Of a stretch of 64,000 nt of DNA, positions 61,351 to 64,000 are shown piece by piece. The notes under the pieces are model-generated. The model saw nothing but the letters and a program-made list of their open reading frames with translations. It did not search any database and was not told the DNA's origin. Origin of the DNA: an uncultured candidate division WWE3 bacterium (lineage in GTDB: Bacteria > Patescibacteriota > WWE3 > UBA101185 > UBA10185); NCBI GenBank assembly GCA_903879985.1, contig CAIRNR010000007.1:5382-69381 (forward strand), given 5' to 3'. The position numbers and the translations under genes were made by a program. The first letter of the stretch is position 1; every line of letters starts with the position of its first letter.

Positions 61351-64000
61351 ATGAAGTTTGCCCGATTCCTAAAAACGATATTATTTTCTGTTCTATTTGT
61401 AGTTGTATTTGTTGCACTGACTCCAAAAACTTTTGCTGATAATGTATGCTCTCCGAATTTTCTAGTATTTAAATGTCAAAAAACTGTAAGTAGCGATTGG
61501 GATTCTTGTTTAAATCAGTGTAGAGACACGTGTGGAGTAGGAAACGACGAATGCATAGCTGCCTGTCCTGCAACTTGTGCTTCGACCGGAATAGTTAATA
61601 GGGACAATGGAGATAAGGACGCAATTTGTAACACCGGATATGTACAACATCCGGATACATGTTATACAGCATGTAAAAATCTTGGCTATACCAGCGATTC
61701 TGAATGTAACAAATTATGTACAGATAATTTAAACGCGGATCAGTCAAACCAAAATGCATACCAACAAGAAGTTATAAATGATTATTTTGGATGCATCGCT
61801 AATCCAGACAGTACACCCCAAACATGTGCTGCAAACACTTCCCTAACGTGCGGTCCAAATGCTACATGTCTACAATCTTGTACAGACCAAGGCAACAACG
61901 CAAGAAGATGCTACGGAATGTGCACGGCAAATAATTTTGATACCTGCACGAGTGTATGTAATTTGTATCACGACGCAGATTTCACTAGTTGCGATGAAAT
62001 GTGTAATCCGTTTTTAAATTCTAAACCCGAAATTACATTAATGGAAAATAACAGACACATATATGTAGCCGATAATCCAATTATCAATATAACAGGAAAT
62101 ACTACAGACTTTGTGAATATACAAGATGTTCAGTGGAGAATGCAAATAGACGGCGCTGAGGAAAATGATAATTGGCAATCATGCACACCAGTAGACGGTA
62201 ACTTTGATTCAAGAGACGAAGATTTTAGCTGTAGCATTACTAACTTAGTCGACTGGAGTTTGCAAACTGTAGAAATAAGAGCAACCAACATTGCGGAGTT
62301 ATCAACAGCACCGGCAGATTACGGACTTGCAAGAATCCAAGCAACATTTTTAGGAAAACTACTTTCGTGGTGGAATTTTGATAATACTTGGGATATCGGT
62401 GACACAATCGGAAACTTCCCTACAGCAAACCCCACCGACCATTTAACTGCATCTGTTGGCGCGGACGGAATACCGGCGGATTATTTTGATGGAACAGTAA
62501 AATACAACGTCCCGGATCCTGATGGTTTAGCAACTTTTGACGGTGAAGATAAACAATTCACAATAAAAGTAAGGTTAAAACCAAGCAGCTCGGGTTTGGG
62601 CTCAGAACAATACGTTATCGCAAAAGGCGGTGAAGCACCAAACTTAGATCCTCCTGCATGGAGAATAGTTATTGATAGTAATATGCGAGCTTACGGTGAA
62701 GTTTTTTGGGGAACACATTTAGGAAATGACTATTCAGAACGTGTAGGGGGACAAGCCGAAACTACACTTACTCCAGATGAATGGAACGAAATAACTTTAG
62801 TATGGAATTGGACCTCAGAAGATATTGGAATAAAAGTTAACACCAATGGCACAGTTCATAAACACTATTGGACAGCAGACACCATTGCACCATCTACTCA
62901 ACCGATAACAATAGCTGGAAGACCAGACAACGATAATGAAATGTTTATTGGAAGCATTGATACCGTTCGCATATTTACCGAAGCGGAAATTGGAACAAAC
63001 GCACCAATAATTATTTTAAACGATGGCAGCCATACAACTCATAAAACTGTTTTTACAATTACCGGTTCAGCCGACGCATCACAAATTGATTGGGGTCCCG
63101 TCGTTAGTGGTGTTCAATATTCTATTAATGATGGCGCCAACTGGTCAAACTGCGACCCAACCGACGGCACATACGACTCCGCAATAGAAGGTTTCACTTG
63201 TAGAGTTTCCGGAATTACTGGAGGAAATGATTATCATATTAAATTTAGATCCATCGATACTTCTGATCCACAAAATATTACTAAACCAGCCGACTATAAA
63301 AACTACGACCTAACTTTATTGTCCGGGGATAACTCACCTATTATAACTTTAGATAGTGGCGAACATGTAACCACAAACAATTCTTTTATTATCAGCGGAT
63401 CAGCCGACGCATCACAGATTGAAGACGGACCGGTAGTTAGCGGCGTTCAATTTTCATTAAACGCCGGTGGAGATTGGACCAATTGCTCCGCAACTGACGG
63501 TACTTACAACACCGCGATTGAAGCATTTTCATGTAACTTAACTGGCTTAGCGTCTGGTACAACTTATCATGTAAAACTCAGATCAATAGACACTTCTGAT
63601 CCACAAAATATAACCGAAGCACAGTATTACCATAACTATGACCTAACAACAGTAACCGAGGGTATAAACCTAGAAAAAACTGCGGCAGTAGCAACAAGCG
63701 ATACAGTAACCATAAACGGTACAGCTGTAAATTCTAATAATATCGGTGATGTACAGTGGTACCAAAACGATCAAGATGGCTGGACAAGCTGTATGCCAGA
63801 TGAACAACAAGCCCCAAGTCAGTTAGTAAATTTTTCATGCGTAGTCACAGGTATAAATAGTTCAAGTTACTTTGTAGTTTACATAAGAGACATTGATGGT
63901 AACGGAAATCCAATTGCGGAATCAGACTACGGAAAAGTTCGAATTCAAGCAGATTTTTCAAATAAATTAGTAGCCTGGTGGAATTTAACTGGCGGCTCAA
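61351..64000 (+). CDS. Large secreted/surface protein (partial): Cys-rich N-terminus, Ig-like repeats, LamG-like domain
   Basis: Signal peptide MKFARFLKTILFSVLFVVVFVALTPKTFA; frame open to the window end; WWNFD...FDG...IAGR...FIGSID LamG pattern; 333-nt tandem repeat. Confidence 0.8.
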   Translation, partial: MKFARFLKTILFSVLFVVVFVALTPKTFADNVCSPNFLVFKCQKTVSSDWDSCLNQCRDTCGVGNDECIAACPATCASTGIVNRDNGDKDAICNTGYVQHPDTCYTACKNLGYTSDSECNKLCTDNLNADQSNQNAYQQEVINDYFGCIANPDSTPQTCAANTSLTCGPNATCLQSCTDQGNNARRCYGMCTANNFDTCTSVCNLYHDADFTSCDEMCNPFLNSKPEITLMENNRHIYVADNPIINITGNTTDFVNIQDVQWRMQIDGAEENDNWQSCTPVDGNFDSRDEDFSCSITNLVDWSLQTVEIRATNIAELSTAPADYGLARIQATFLGKLLSWWNFDNTWDIGDTIGNFPTANPTDHLTASVGADGIPADYFDGTVKYNVPDPDGLATFDGEDKQFTIKVRLKPSSSGLGSEQYVIAKGGEAPNLDPPAWRIVIDSNMRAYGEVFWGTHLGNDYSERVGGQAETTLTPDEWNEITLVWNWTSEDIGIKVNTNGTVHKHYWTADTIAPSTQPITIAGRPDNDNEMFIGSIDTVRIFTEAEIGTNAPIIILNDGSHTTHKTVFTITGSADASQIDWGPVVSGVQYSINDGANWSNCDPTDGTYDSAIEGFTCRVSGITGGNDYHIKFRSIDTSDPQNITKPADYKNYDLTLLSGDNSPIITLDSGEHVTTNNSFIISGSADASQIEDGPVVSGVQFSLNAGGDWTNCSATDGTYNTAIEAFSCNLTGLASGTTYHVKLRSIDTSDPQNITEAQYYHNYDLTTVTEGINLEKTAAVATSDTVTINGTAVNSNNIGDVQWYQNDQDGWTSCMPDEQQAPSQLVNFSCVVTGINSSSYFVVYIRDIDGNGNPIAESDYGKVRIQADFSNKLVAWWNLTGGS

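Overview
The window looks like a Patescibacteria (CPR)-type bacterial chromosome read in the standard code 11. Evidence is AT-rich DNA, GT-C glycosyltransferases, a type IV pilin, many ORFans and mostly leaderless core genes. It holds housekeeping genes (tmk, rplS, ClpE/ClpC, polA with a one-base frameshift, gatCAB, htpX/lemA, PolX-PHP, RecJ-like, yjjX) and five tRNAs (His, Glu, Lys, Asp, Gly). A ~12.5-14.4 kb integrated island (3039/4892-17402) sits in the 3' end of tRNA-His and carries restriction-modification and nuclease cargo, a tyrosine-recombinase module and a large serine recombinase (LSR). The strongest observation is that the attachment core lies inside the LSR reading frame. The integrated gene ends by reading into the antisense tRNA, while an in-frame 36-codon C-terminal tail, present in two copies that differ mostly at synonymous sites, is stranded at the other end and would be rejoined on excision. 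Other signals: tRNA-3'-duplicating mini-elements at tRNA-Glu and tRNA-Gly, C55 instead of U55 in three of five tRNAs, two similar hyper-acidic micro-proteins, and a split between leaderless core genes and Shine-Dalgarno (SD)-led ORFan cassettes. Product calls come from motif recognition only; no database searches were run.
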